From assembly GCA_028819345.1 (NCBI GenBank), contig JAPPLW010000099.1:97333-161332 (forward strand): DNA of 64,000 bases, given 5' to 3'. Under the pieces are notes generated by a model, which worked only from the letters and a program-made list of their open reading frames with translations, was not told the origin of the DNA and did not search any database. Shown one piece after another: positions 10,037 to 17,940 of this stretch; position 1 is the first letter of the stretch, and each line of letters opens with the position of its first letter. The DNA comes from a bacterium. Lineage in GTDB: Bacteria > Actinomycetota > Acidimicrobiia > Spongiisociales > ZC4RG35. A program made the position numbers and the translations under genes.

Positions 10037-10948
10037 TTGACCCCCCACACGCAAACAGCGTGGGAGGTACCTGAACCTCGTTCCGTTCGTACCGCCCGGA
10101 TGGGCGATGGCACGAACATCGTCCTCCGGCGGCACGGGAACCCCGGGGAACCCCGGTTGGTGGTGTGCCATGGCAACGGATTGGCCTCCGACCTGTACTA
10201 CCCGTTCTGGTCTCTGCTGACCGGAGAATGCGACCTCATCGTCTATGACCTCAGGAATCATGGTTGGAATGAGGTCACAGCCATCGGCAACCACAACATA
10301 CCGTCTCTTGTCAAGGATCATGACCTCATCATGGAGACCATTGACAGCTACTTCGGGTACAAGCCCAAGGTGGGAGCCTTCCACTCCGTCTCGGCGCTGA
10401 TCTCACTCCTCTCTCCCACCAAGGGGAGCGCCTTCGCCGGGCGCATCCTGTTTGACGCTCCGCTGTGCAGACCCGGCCAGACCACTGAGGAAATGGAGGC
10501 AGCCACCGCCCGCAACGCGGCGGCCGCCAGAAAACGCAGAGAGAGCTTCGCCAACTGGGAAGACTTCTCACATCGCCTTCGATCCGTTCCGGCTCTCTCC
10601 CGGGTAGTTCCAGGCGTCTTCGACCTGATGGCGAAGACAACCCTCCGCAAGGACCCGGGCAGTGATCATTATGAACTGCGCTGCCCACGTGAATACGAGG
10701 CGCGCCTTGCCGAATACGGGGAGATCTACTCAGGGATGGTCGACCTGGGGGACTTGGCGTCACCGACGAAAGTGCTCGGCGCCGACCCGTCCATACCTTT
10801 CTCCTACCTGCCCTCCCTCGGCCTGACTGACATTGTTACGGTCGATTTCGACTTCCTCCCCGATTCAACCCACCTCCTTCAACTGGAGAAACCTGAGGCG
10901 TGCGCCGCGGCCGTACGGGACTTTCTGAACACAATCCATGATGGTTGA
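10037..10948 (+). CDS. Alpha/beta hydrolase (Sup-PKS-associated type), paralog of 4006-4914
   Basis: CHGNGLASDLY, YDLRNHG, GAFHSVSA, DSTHLLQLEKP; colinear with the 4006-4914 protein. Confidence 0.87.
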   Translation: MTPHTQTAWEVPEPRSVRTARMGDGTNIVLRRHGNPGEPRLVVCHGNGLASDLYYPFWSLLTGECDLIVYDLRNHGWNEVTAIGNHNIPSLVKDHDLIMETIDSYFGYKPKVGAFHSVSALISLLSPTKGSAFAGRILFDAPLCRPGQTTEEMEAATARNAAAARKRRESFANWEDFSHRLRSVPALSRVVPGVFDLMAKTTLRKDPGSDHYELRCPREYEARLAEYGEIYSGMVDLGDLASPTKVLGADPSIPFSYLPSLGLTDIVTVDFDFLPDSTHLLQLEKPEACAAAVRDFLNTIHDG

Positions 10949-11018
10949 CTCCCCGACTGTCCAAAGCCGCCGATGATCCCAGCCGGCGCTCGGCCGCCGG
11001 GACTTGCCCCACTCGCTT

Positions 11019-11756
11019 CTACACCCCTCCTCCCGTGTATGCCTCGATCACTTCCTCCGGCGATCCCTCTCTCCGGATGCATCCCTTGTCCAGCCAGATG
11101 GCGCGCGAAGCCAGGTCCTGCACCAACTCCATGTCGTGGGAGACCAGAATCGTGGCCGCTCCCCGCTCCATCACGCTTCGCACCCGCCGGCGAGACTTCT
11201 CCCGGAAACTCTGATCTCCCACACTGAGGATCTCGTCGACCAAGAGGACGTCGGGATCGATGTCGGTGACGATCGAGAAGCCCAGCCGGGCCAGCATCCC
11301 CGAAGAGAAGGTGCGGACGGCCACATCCGCAAACTCCGACAGCCCCGCCCAATCGATTATCGGCCCGGCCCGCTCGGCCATCTCCCGCGGCGACCGGCCC
11401 AGGATGGCGCCGTACAGGACGACGTTCTCCGTGGCGGTCAACTCAGGATTGAACCCCGCACCCAACTCGATCAGTGGCGCCACGAGGCCCCTGACGATCA
11501 TCCGTCCCCGGGTGGGGGGCAACACCCGGGCCACCATCTTCATCAGCGTGGACTTGCCTGCTCCGTTGTCTCCGATGACGCCCAGTACCTCCCCGTACTC
11601 GATCCGGAAGGACAAGTCCCGGATCGCATGGAGTTCATCGACTTCGATCTTTCGTCGAAGAGAACGGATCACCTGCTCTTTGAAGGTGCCGGGACGGTCC
11701 CTGACCAGGGGGTACACCAAGGAGACCTCTCGACATTCGACAGCCGGGGAACTCAC
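11019..11756 (-). CDS. Polysaccharide/teichoic-acid ABC exporter ATP-binding subunit (Wzt/TagH-like)
   Basis: GDNGAGKST, LIELGAGFNPELTATEN, FSSGMLARLGFS, LLVDEILSVGD; GTGA overlap with the permease stop. Confidence 0.9.
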   Translation of the reverse strand: MSSPAVECREVSLVYPLVRDRPGTFKEQVIRSLRRKIEVDELHAIRDLSFRIEYGEVLGVIGDNGAGKSTLMKMVARVLPPTRGRMIVRGLVAPLIELGAGFNPELTATENVVLYGAILGRSPREMAERAGPIIDWAGLSEFADVAVRTFSSGMLARLGFSIVTDIDPDVLLVDEILSVGDQSFREKSRRRVRSVMERGAATILVSHDMELVQDLASRAIWLDKGCIRREGSPEEVIEAYTGGGV

Positions 11757-12583
11757 ACCAGCACCGCCAGCCTTCGCCATGACCGCGAGAACGTCCAGGC
11801 GCCCCCGAGGAGAGCGACGAGAGACGTCGAGACCATCACCGCCCACATCCACCCCGGAGCGAAGCTTCCCCCGTAGACCAGTCCCCGGAACACCTCCAGG
11901 TAGGAATAGAGCGGGTTGACGTAGATGAGTGGAAGTATCCGATCAGGAATGATGGTGACCGGATAGAACCCAGGAGTGGCATACATGGCCAGCGTGAGCA
12001 TCACTCCCACAATGTCCAGCACATCCCGGTAGGCGACTGCCAGGGAGGCAACCACCATCCCCAACCCCGCAACGAACATGGCAAGGAACAACAATGGGAC
12101 CGGCGCCAGGAGGACCGTAACCGGAATCCCCACCCCGGCGATCAGCTGCACCACCAGCAGCAGCACGATGTTGATGGCGAAGTTCACCAGCGCAGCAAGG
12201 GCAGGCGCCACGGCAAACACCTCCGCCGGCACATACACCTTGGACAGAGTCCCCGCCGAACCGACAATGGACGACCCCGACGCCACCACCCCCTGGGAGA
12301 AGAAGGTGATGAGCATTACCCCCGACAGCACGTACACCACGTATGGAACGCCACCGGGGATCTCGAACCGGAAAACGGTGCTGAAAACCGCCCACATGAC
12401 GGCCACGGTCAGCAGGGGATTGAGAAGAGTCCACCACACCCCCAGCATGGACCGCTTGTAGCGCACCGTCAGATCCCTCTGCACCAGGAGTCCCAAGAGT
12501 CCCCGGTACCGGCGCAGGTTGGTGATCTCGGAGACAATCACCCTCCGAGGCTGGTCGGAGTCGTAGTAGGTGTTTTGGGTCAG
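11753..12583 (-). CDS. Polysaccharide/teichoic-acid ABC-2 exporter permease (Wzm/TagG-like); probable CTG start
   Basis: RDLTVRYKRSMLGVWWTLLNPLL, YRDVLDIV, YATPGFYP, NPL; in-frame CTG at 12583 overlaps the GDPD stop (CTGA) with GGAG upstream; ORF track gives GTG 12541. Confidence 0.88.
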   Translation of the reverse strand: MTQNTYYDSDQPRRVIVSEITNLRRYRGLLGLLVQRDLTVRYKRSMLGVWWTLLNPLLTVAVMWAVFSTVFRFEIPGGVPYVVYVLSGVMLITFFSQGVVASGSSIVGSAGTLSKVYVPAEVFAVAPALAALVNFAINIVLLLVVQLIAGVGIPVTVLLAPVPLLFLAMFVAGLGMVVASLAVAYRDVLDIVGVMLTLAMYATPGFYPVTIIPDRILPLIYVNPLYSYLEVFRGLVYGGSFAPGWMWAVMVSTSLVALLGGAWTFSRSWRRLAVLV

Positions 12584-13368
12584 GTTCTCCAGAGCCCTCT
12601 CCTTTCAAACACCTCCCGCAGCAGATCAGGCCGGTCGGTCATGATCCCGTCCACTCCCTTGTTCAACAGCCTCTCCATCACCCCCGGGCGGTCGATGGTC
12701 CAGACATGTACCTGCAGGCCCATGCGATGGTAGGCCCGGACGGTCCGCCGGGTGACAAGGGGCACCAGGCCGGATCGAGGCGGGATCTGCAAGGCGACAT
12801 TGTCGGTGCGGGCCGATCGCCCCAGCCAGGCGGCCTTGACCAACCGGGCGACCTCCTCCTCGCCGGCGGAGGTGGCTATGCCTTCGGAGAGTGCTCGCAC
12901 ACGTGCCAACCTTGCGTCGGAAAAGGAGGCGACGATTACTCTGTCGCTCATTCCCGTCTTGCGAATCAGGCGCAAGAGCGGCTCCTCGGTGTGATCGGCC
13001 TTCAGTTCGAGCACCATGTGGAGATCGGGAAAAGAGTGAGCCACCTCCTCCAGGGACGGAATACGTATCCCCCGTCCTCTGAAAGGGAAACCCCGGGCGG
13101 GCAGGTGAGTGTATCCGGCGTCCAGTTCTTGCAACGCCTTCCATTCCAGCTTCGCCACCTCGCCGCGGCCATCTGTGGTGCGTTCCAGGGTGGGATCGTG
13201 ATGACAAACCACCACCCCGTCGGCAGTCACGTGAAGATCGGTCTCGATCCACCGGTACCCCATCTCCACAGTCCGGGAAAAGGCCTCCATGGTGTTCTCC
13301 GGCCACAGACCCGCCCCTCCCCGATGAGAGATCGCCAGGGGGAGTGTCTCCGACGCCGAGGGGCTCAT
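12580..13368 (-). CDS. Glycerophosphodiester phosphodiesterase (GDPD)
   Basis: ISHRGGAGLWPENT, ETDLHVTADG, HDPTLERTTDG, VHVWTID, GVDGIMTDRP; ATGA overlap with the upstream stop. Confidence 0.92.
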   Translation of the reverse strand: MSPSASETLPLAISHRGGAGLWPENTMEAFSRTVEMGYRWIETDLHVTADGVVVCHHDPTLERTTDGRGEVAKLEWKALQELDAGYTHLPARGFPFRGRGIRIPSLEEVAHSFPDLHMVLELKADHTEEPLLRLIRKTGMSDRVIVASFSDARLARVRALSEGIATSAGEEEVARLVKAAWLGRSARTDNVALQIPPRSGLVPLVTRRTVRAYHRMGLQVHVWTIDRPGVMERLLNKGVDGIMTDRPDLLREVFERRGLWRT

Positions 13369-14603
13369 CCAGACTGGCCCGCCGCAGTCAGATCTCCCTC
13401 CCGGATCAACTCCCACACCATCGGAAGGTCGGGATGGTACGCCAACTCGTAGAAGTGGCCGACGTCCATGATCACCATGTCTCCGATCGCGCCCCTGCCC
13501 AGCCATCCCCTGGTTGTGTCGCCCAGTGCCTGCGCACCTCCGAAGGTGGCGCACCACAACGCCGTCTCGATCGGGACTTCGCCTGCCTCGGAAGCCGCCC
13601 AGGCCAGAAAGGGCATGGAGGTCACGGACCTCTCGCCGGGCAGGCAGTCGCTGCCCAGCGCCACCGGTATGCCCAACTCCATGAGGCTGCGAATCGGCAG
13701 CCGGGTCCGGAGACTGGCCACCGGCAACACCACCACCGCTCCTCCCTGCAAACGCAGCGCCTCCAGGGTCGACTCGTCCAACTCTGTCATGTCCTGGACC
13801 GCCAGGGGACGGACCGACCGCACCAGGTCGGAGGGGATCCCGGGTCGGCCGTGCAGCCGGACCCGCTTGCGCAGATTGCCCATAGAAGCACACAGCTTCC
13901 TCACATCGGCGGAGGAGAAGCCTCCCGAGCCCACCGTCACGGAGAGGCCGGAGGCGTACTGGGAGACATCCCGCAGGATGCTGCGCGCGGCGGGATCATA
14001 GGGTGAGGGAAAGCCGGCATCGGGCCCTACCGTCCAGCTTGTCACGACCTTGAGGGGGAGTTGCTCCCCCAGCATGGCCGCGGTGGAAAGGCGCTGTTGG
14101 TCCTCCAGCGGATCGCCCCGGCTTCTAACCGACACCGAAAGGCAGGTCGCCCCGCCGGCCAGCAGACGCCCCGCCCACTCGGCCGCCATCTCGGGCTCTG
14201 TCGTCCCGTTGGACGTCCCGCGGCGCCCGGTTCCGCCCGCCACCTGGGAGAAGGCGTCCACAAAACCCGGCACCACCACCCTACCCCCGCAATCAAGCCG
14301 GGGCAGGCCTTCGAGTTGAGGGGGAAGCTCGTTTTCGGATCCCACCCATGCCACCTTGCCCTTCCGGATCGCCACCGCCGCGTTCTCGATGATGCCGAAG
14401 AAGTTCCCCCACGACGGATCGTTGGTCATCAGGCGGCCGATGCCGGTGACCAGCCGGTCCGTTCCATGCGGTCGAAGCGCCTCCTGGGCAACCGTGTGGG
14501 CAGTCACTGCGCATTCGTCACAGATCCCCACGCCTTTCGGGCCGGCGACCACGTAAGAGCCGGGGCCGGGAAGCCGGCTGCAGAATGAGCATCTGGCAGA
14601 CAT
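13365..14603 (-). CDS. ClpX-type C4 zinc finger fused to a degenerate imidazolonepropionase (HutI)-like amidohydrolase
   Basis: N-terminal CSFCSR...VAGPKGVGICDEC; then DCGGRVVVPGFVD, ALGSDCLPG, ATFGGAQAL, LAYHPD as in HutI, but the metal-binding HxH is replaced by FSQ. Confidence 0.8.
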   Translation of the reverse strand: MSARCSFCSRLPGPGSYVVAGPKGVGICDECAVTAHTVAQEALRPHGTDRLVTGIGRLMTNDPSWGNFFGIIENAAVAIRKGKVAWVGSENELPPQLEGLPRLDCGGRVVVPGFVDAFSQVAGGTGRRGTSNGTTEPEMAAEWAGRLLAGGATCLSVSVRSRGDPLEDQQRLSTAAMLGEQLPLKVVTSWTVGPDAGFPSPYDPAARSILRDVSQYASGLSVTVGSGGFSSADVRKLCASMGNLRKRVRLHGRPGIPSDLVRSVRPLAVQDMTELDESTLEALRLQGGAVVVLPVASLRTRLPIRSLMELGIPVALGSDCLPGERSVTSMPFLAWAASEAGEVPIETALWCATFGGAQALGDTTRGWLGRGAIGDMVIMDVGHFYELAYHPDLPMVWELIREGDLTAAGQSG

Positions 14604-14692
14604 CTAAAGGATGAGCGTAGACAATCCGGACAAGGACCGGGGGTTACCGCGAGGCTACCGCGCCGGACCGGGAGGAACCGCGCTTTGCTACC

Positions 14693-15499
14693 GTGGAGGA
14701 CACCCCGATCCGAAAGGTTCACCCAGTGGAGTGCGGATACGAGTTGGCCGGCGAGGTAGCCGTGGTCACCCTTCGCCGACCCTCCCGTTACAACGCCATC
14801 AGCCTGTCGATGGCCCGGGATCTCACCGTAGCGATACGACGGGCGGGCGCCGAAGCCCGGGCGGCGGTGATCACCGGTGAGGGCCGGGCGTTTAGCGCCG
14901 GTGCGGATCTCATGGAACTCACCAGGGACATCGAGGAGGTCGGGGATCTCGAGACCATCCTTCACCGCCACTTTCATCCCCTCATCGACGCCCTCTGGGA
15001 GTCGGAGGTCCCCACTCTGGCGGCGATCAACGGACCGGCCGCAGGAGCGGGAATGGGTATCGCGCTGTGCTGCGATCTACGAGTGATGGAACCGGGGTCC
15101 TACTTCATGAGCGCCTTCATCCATCTGGGACTCACGCCCGATTCCGGCGCCGCTTGGGTGCTGCCGCGGATGGTGGGGCTGGGAAGGGCGATGGAGATCG
15201 TCATGTCCGGAAGAAAGGTGGCAGCCGGGGAGGCGCTTGAGATCGGGCTCTGCAGCAAGGTGTCAGCCTCCGGCCAGGCCTTCTCCGAAGCCTTGGAGTG
15301 GGCTAAGCGGCTCTGTGACGGACCCACCACCGCCTACGGCGCCAGCCGACGGCTCCTCTATGAGACCACGGCCCTGGGGTTCGCAGAAGGCCTGGCCGCT
15401 GAAGCCGTCAGCCAGGGGCGCCTGGGTGAGTCGGCGCTCTTCGTTGAGGGGGTGGCGGCCTTCAAGGAGAAGCGAAAGGCCGACTTCCGCTCGGTGTAG
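14693..15499 (+). CDS. Enoyl-CoA hydratase/isomerase (PaaG-like crotonase)
   Basis: AFSAGADL, AAINGPAAGAG, ALCCDLR, GLTPDSG, EGVAAFKEKR. Confidence 0.9.
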   Translation: MEDTPIRKVHPVECGYELAGEVAVVTLRRPSRYNAISLSMARDLTVAIRRAGAEARAAVITGEGRAFSAGADLMELTRDIEEVGDLETILHRHFHPLIDALWESEVPTLAAINGPAAGAGMGIALCCDLRVMEPGSYFMSAFIHLGLTPDSGAAWVLPRMVGLGRAMEIVMSGRKVAAGEALEIGLCSKVSASGQAFSEALEWAKRLCDGPTTAYGASRRLLYETTALGFAEGLAAEAVSQGRLGESALFVEGVAAFKEKRKADFRSV

Positions 15500-15567
15500 G
15501 GGGGACTGCCGGCGGTGGGTGGGAATGGCCCAGGCGCCCTTTCGAGGCGCTCTCTACAATTGTTCCG

Positions 15568-16263
15568 ATGTGTGGCAGGTTCGGCCAAGCCCGGGGCCCG
15601 GATTATTACGGCGAGTACCTCGAGGCCGAGGAGGCGGTCCCCGAACCCCTGTCTCCCAGCTGGAACGTGGCGCCCACCGATCCTGTCTACGCATTTCGTT
15701 ACCGCAAGGGAAGCTTGCGCCTCGAGACCATGCGCTGGGGTCTGATTCCCCATTGGGCCCCGGATCTGAAGACCTTCCACATCAACGCTCGGTCGGAGAC
15801 TCTGCTGGAAAAACCGCTGTTCCGGGTCGGCCTGACCAGGCGTCGCTGCCTGATCCCCGCCGACGGCTTCTACGAGTGGACTTCTCGCTCGAGAGGTCAC
15901 GTTCCCCACTGGTTCTTCCGCGCCGACGGAGAGCCGCTTGTATTCGCCGGGCTGTGGGGGGTGCGACGCCATCCGGTGGACGGGGAATGGCTGGTGTCCT
16001 GCTCGATAATCACCGGCCCATCGGAAGGCCCCATCGCCGCCGTCCATCACCGAATGCCCGTGGCCCTGCCCCCGGACCGCTGGGATCCCTGGCTGGATCC
16101 CGACCTGGAGGATGGGATCGCAGCCCGGGACCTTCTGGCGGCGCCCGAGACCGGAGGGTGGGCCACCCACCCGGTGTCCCGCAGGGTCAACAAGGTGAGC
16201 AACAACGACCCCACGCTGATCGAGCCGGTCTCCTACCCGGCCGCTTCCACATTGGAAATGTAG
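15568..16263 (+). CDS. SOS response-associated peptidase / abasic-site crosslinking protein (SRAP, YedK/HMCES family)
   Basis: N-terminal MCGRF, WNVAPT, WGLIPHW, INARSET, RCLIPADGFYEW, HHRMP. Confidence 0.95.
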   Translation: MCGRFGQARGPDYYGEYLEAEEAVPEPLSPSWNVAPTDPVYAFRYRKGSLRLETMRWGLIPHWAPDLKTFHINARSETLLEKPLFRVGLTRRRCLIPADGFYEWTSRSRGHVPHWFFRADGEPLVFAGLWGVRRHPVDGEWLVSCSIITGPSEGPIAAVHHRMPVALPPDRWDPWLDPDLEDGIAARDLLAAPETGGWATHPVSRRVNKVSNNDPTLIEPVSYPAASTLEM

Positions 16264-16292
16264 AACGGGGCACAGCCACGGTGGCGGCAGCG

Positions 16293-17168
16293 ATGATCAG
16301 TGATGCGATCTGGCTGTTCGTGGAACTGCTGGCCCTGTTCCTCGGGGTCTCCTTCGTTTTGAACCTGCTACAACGCAGGCTGGGAAACGCCCGTCTCAAG
16401 ACGCTGATGGGCGCCAGTCCCCTGAAAGCTGCCTTACGGGGAATCGCGGTGGGGTTCATCACGCCATTCTGCACCTATTCGGCAATCCCGGTTCTGGTCG
16501 CCCTCCGGCAGGCAGGGGTGACAGCCGCCGGGTACGTGGCGTTCGTAGTGGCGGCGCCGGTGCTCGATCCGATTCTCTTCGGTGCGCTGCTGATCATCGT
16601 GGGGTGGAAAGCCGCCCTCATCTACCTGGGAGTGGCATTTGCGGCCGCTCTCGCCCTGGCGCTAGTGGCGGAAAGGGTGAACCTGGAACGCTTCATGAAA
16701 CCGCTTCCGGTTGCCGCGGGATCGGCCGAGCACGCCACGCCCTGGGCGGGCATCGGTCTCGAGTGGCGCCCGGCCTGGAAGAGTTCCCGGGCTCTGCTCC
16801 GAACCATGTTGCCCCTGCTGGTCGTCGGAGTGGGGATCGGTCTGGCGATCACCGTCTTCCTTCCTGCGGAGACCGTCGCCCGCATCCCGGTGCTGGCCGG
16901 TGACGGCGCCATCCTCGCGGCGGCCGCGGTCGGGACCTTCTTCTACATCAGCACCGAGATATTCGTGCCCATCGCCGACGCCCTCCGCTCGGCGGGAATC
17001 GGGATAGGCGCCATAGTCGCCCTCACCATCGCCGGCGCCGGGTTCAACATCCCCGAATTCGTAATCCTGAGCAAACTGGCCGGCAAGGGAATTCTGGCCG
17101 CATTCGGTCTGTACGTGTTCGGGGTGGCGGTGGTGGGCGGGCTGATCGCCCAGATGCTCGTTGGTTAG
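16293..17168 (+). CDS. Predicted permease (DUF318/ArsP-like)
   Basis: Multi-TM protein with GFITPFCTYSAIP, AAPVLDP, GAGFNIPE motifs. Confidence 0.8.
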   Translation: MISDAIWLFVELLALFLGVSFVLNLLQRRLGNARLKTLMGASPLKAALRGIAVGFITPFCTYSAIPVLVALRQAGVTAAGYVAFVVAAPVLDPILFGALLIIVGWKAALIYLGVAFAAALALALVAERVNLERFMKPLPVAAGSAEHATPWAGIGLEWRPAWKSSRALLRTMLPLLVVGVGIGLAITVFLPAETVARIPVLAGDGAILAAAAVGTFFYISTEIFVPIADALRSAGIGIGAIVALTIAGAGFNIPEFVILSKLAGKGILAAFGLYVFGVAVVGGLIAQMLVG

Positions 17169-17169
17169 C

Positions 17170-17724
17170 TCAGGGCTGTCTTCCCACCAGCGCCAGGTAA
17201 CGATCGACGATCGAGGCGTCCTCGGGGACCTGGACCGGAGGTCCGATCCGCCCGGTCTTGCGGAACATCTCGGCTCTCCCGCCGATCAGGTCGTGGCTGA
17301 TCCGGCACAACTCAGGGGGTAGGTTCACCTCCACGCCGGTTGCGGTCCCGATATCCCAGGCGTGAGTCAAGGGATCCCATTGAACGTAGGACACGAAAGT
17401 GGCCATGTCCATCCTTCCGAACCAGTATTTGTCCTCCCGTTCCATCACGCCCGGTTTACTGAGCGCCGCCACCAAGGGACCCCTGGTCTCCTCCCACCGG
17501 GCCAGGGGATCCTCGGGAGCATCGGGCTTCCCCGGCCTGGCCCACTCCCCCGTCCGGGCGATGTGAGCCAAGGCGTCCAGCACCTCGCACTGATGCGCCA
17601 ATACGTCACGCGCCGTCCAACCTTCGCACACCGAGTCGTTGGCCCAGGCGTCGGTCGGCACCTTCCGGCAAACCGCGTCGAAGAGGTCCACGGCTGCCAT
17701 GAAGTTCTCGAGCTTCCGGTTCAT
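17170..17724 (-). CDS. DinB-superfamily / TIGR03086-type metal-binding protein (mycothiol-dependent isomerase-like)
   Basis: SVCEGWTARDVLAH and DPLTHAWDIG motifs, C-terminal RYLALVGR. Confidence 0.8.
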   Translation of the reverse strand: MNRKLENFMAAVDLFDAVCRKVPTDAWANDSVCEGWTARDVLAHQCEVLDALAHIARTGEWARPGKPDAPEDPLARWEETRGPLVAALSKPGVMEREDKYWFGRMDMATFVSYVQWDPLTHAWDIGTATGVEVNLPPELCRISHDLIGGRAEMFRKTGRIGPPVQVPEDASIVDRYLALVGRQP

Positions 17725-17940
17725 GCCGAGATCGATGGTACCCCGGCGCCCAGAGACCCATCCCGGCCCTCCAAACCGCTACCTGGAGCAGACCGGGAAC
17801 AGCCGCCCCACCCCCGGGCTCCTCGTCGCCAGGACTCAAGCCCGGCTCCGCGGCGGGTTATGCTCCGTGACGCGAGAACCGTTGGCCGGGCGCCACAGGC
17901 ATCCCGGGCTCCGGACCCGCCCCCCAGACCGAGCCGACAG

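Noticed and set aside
15237-17168. 643-aa ORF
   Set aside because: The N-terminal half is a shadow frame over the crotonase and SRAP genes; only 16293-17168 is protein-like
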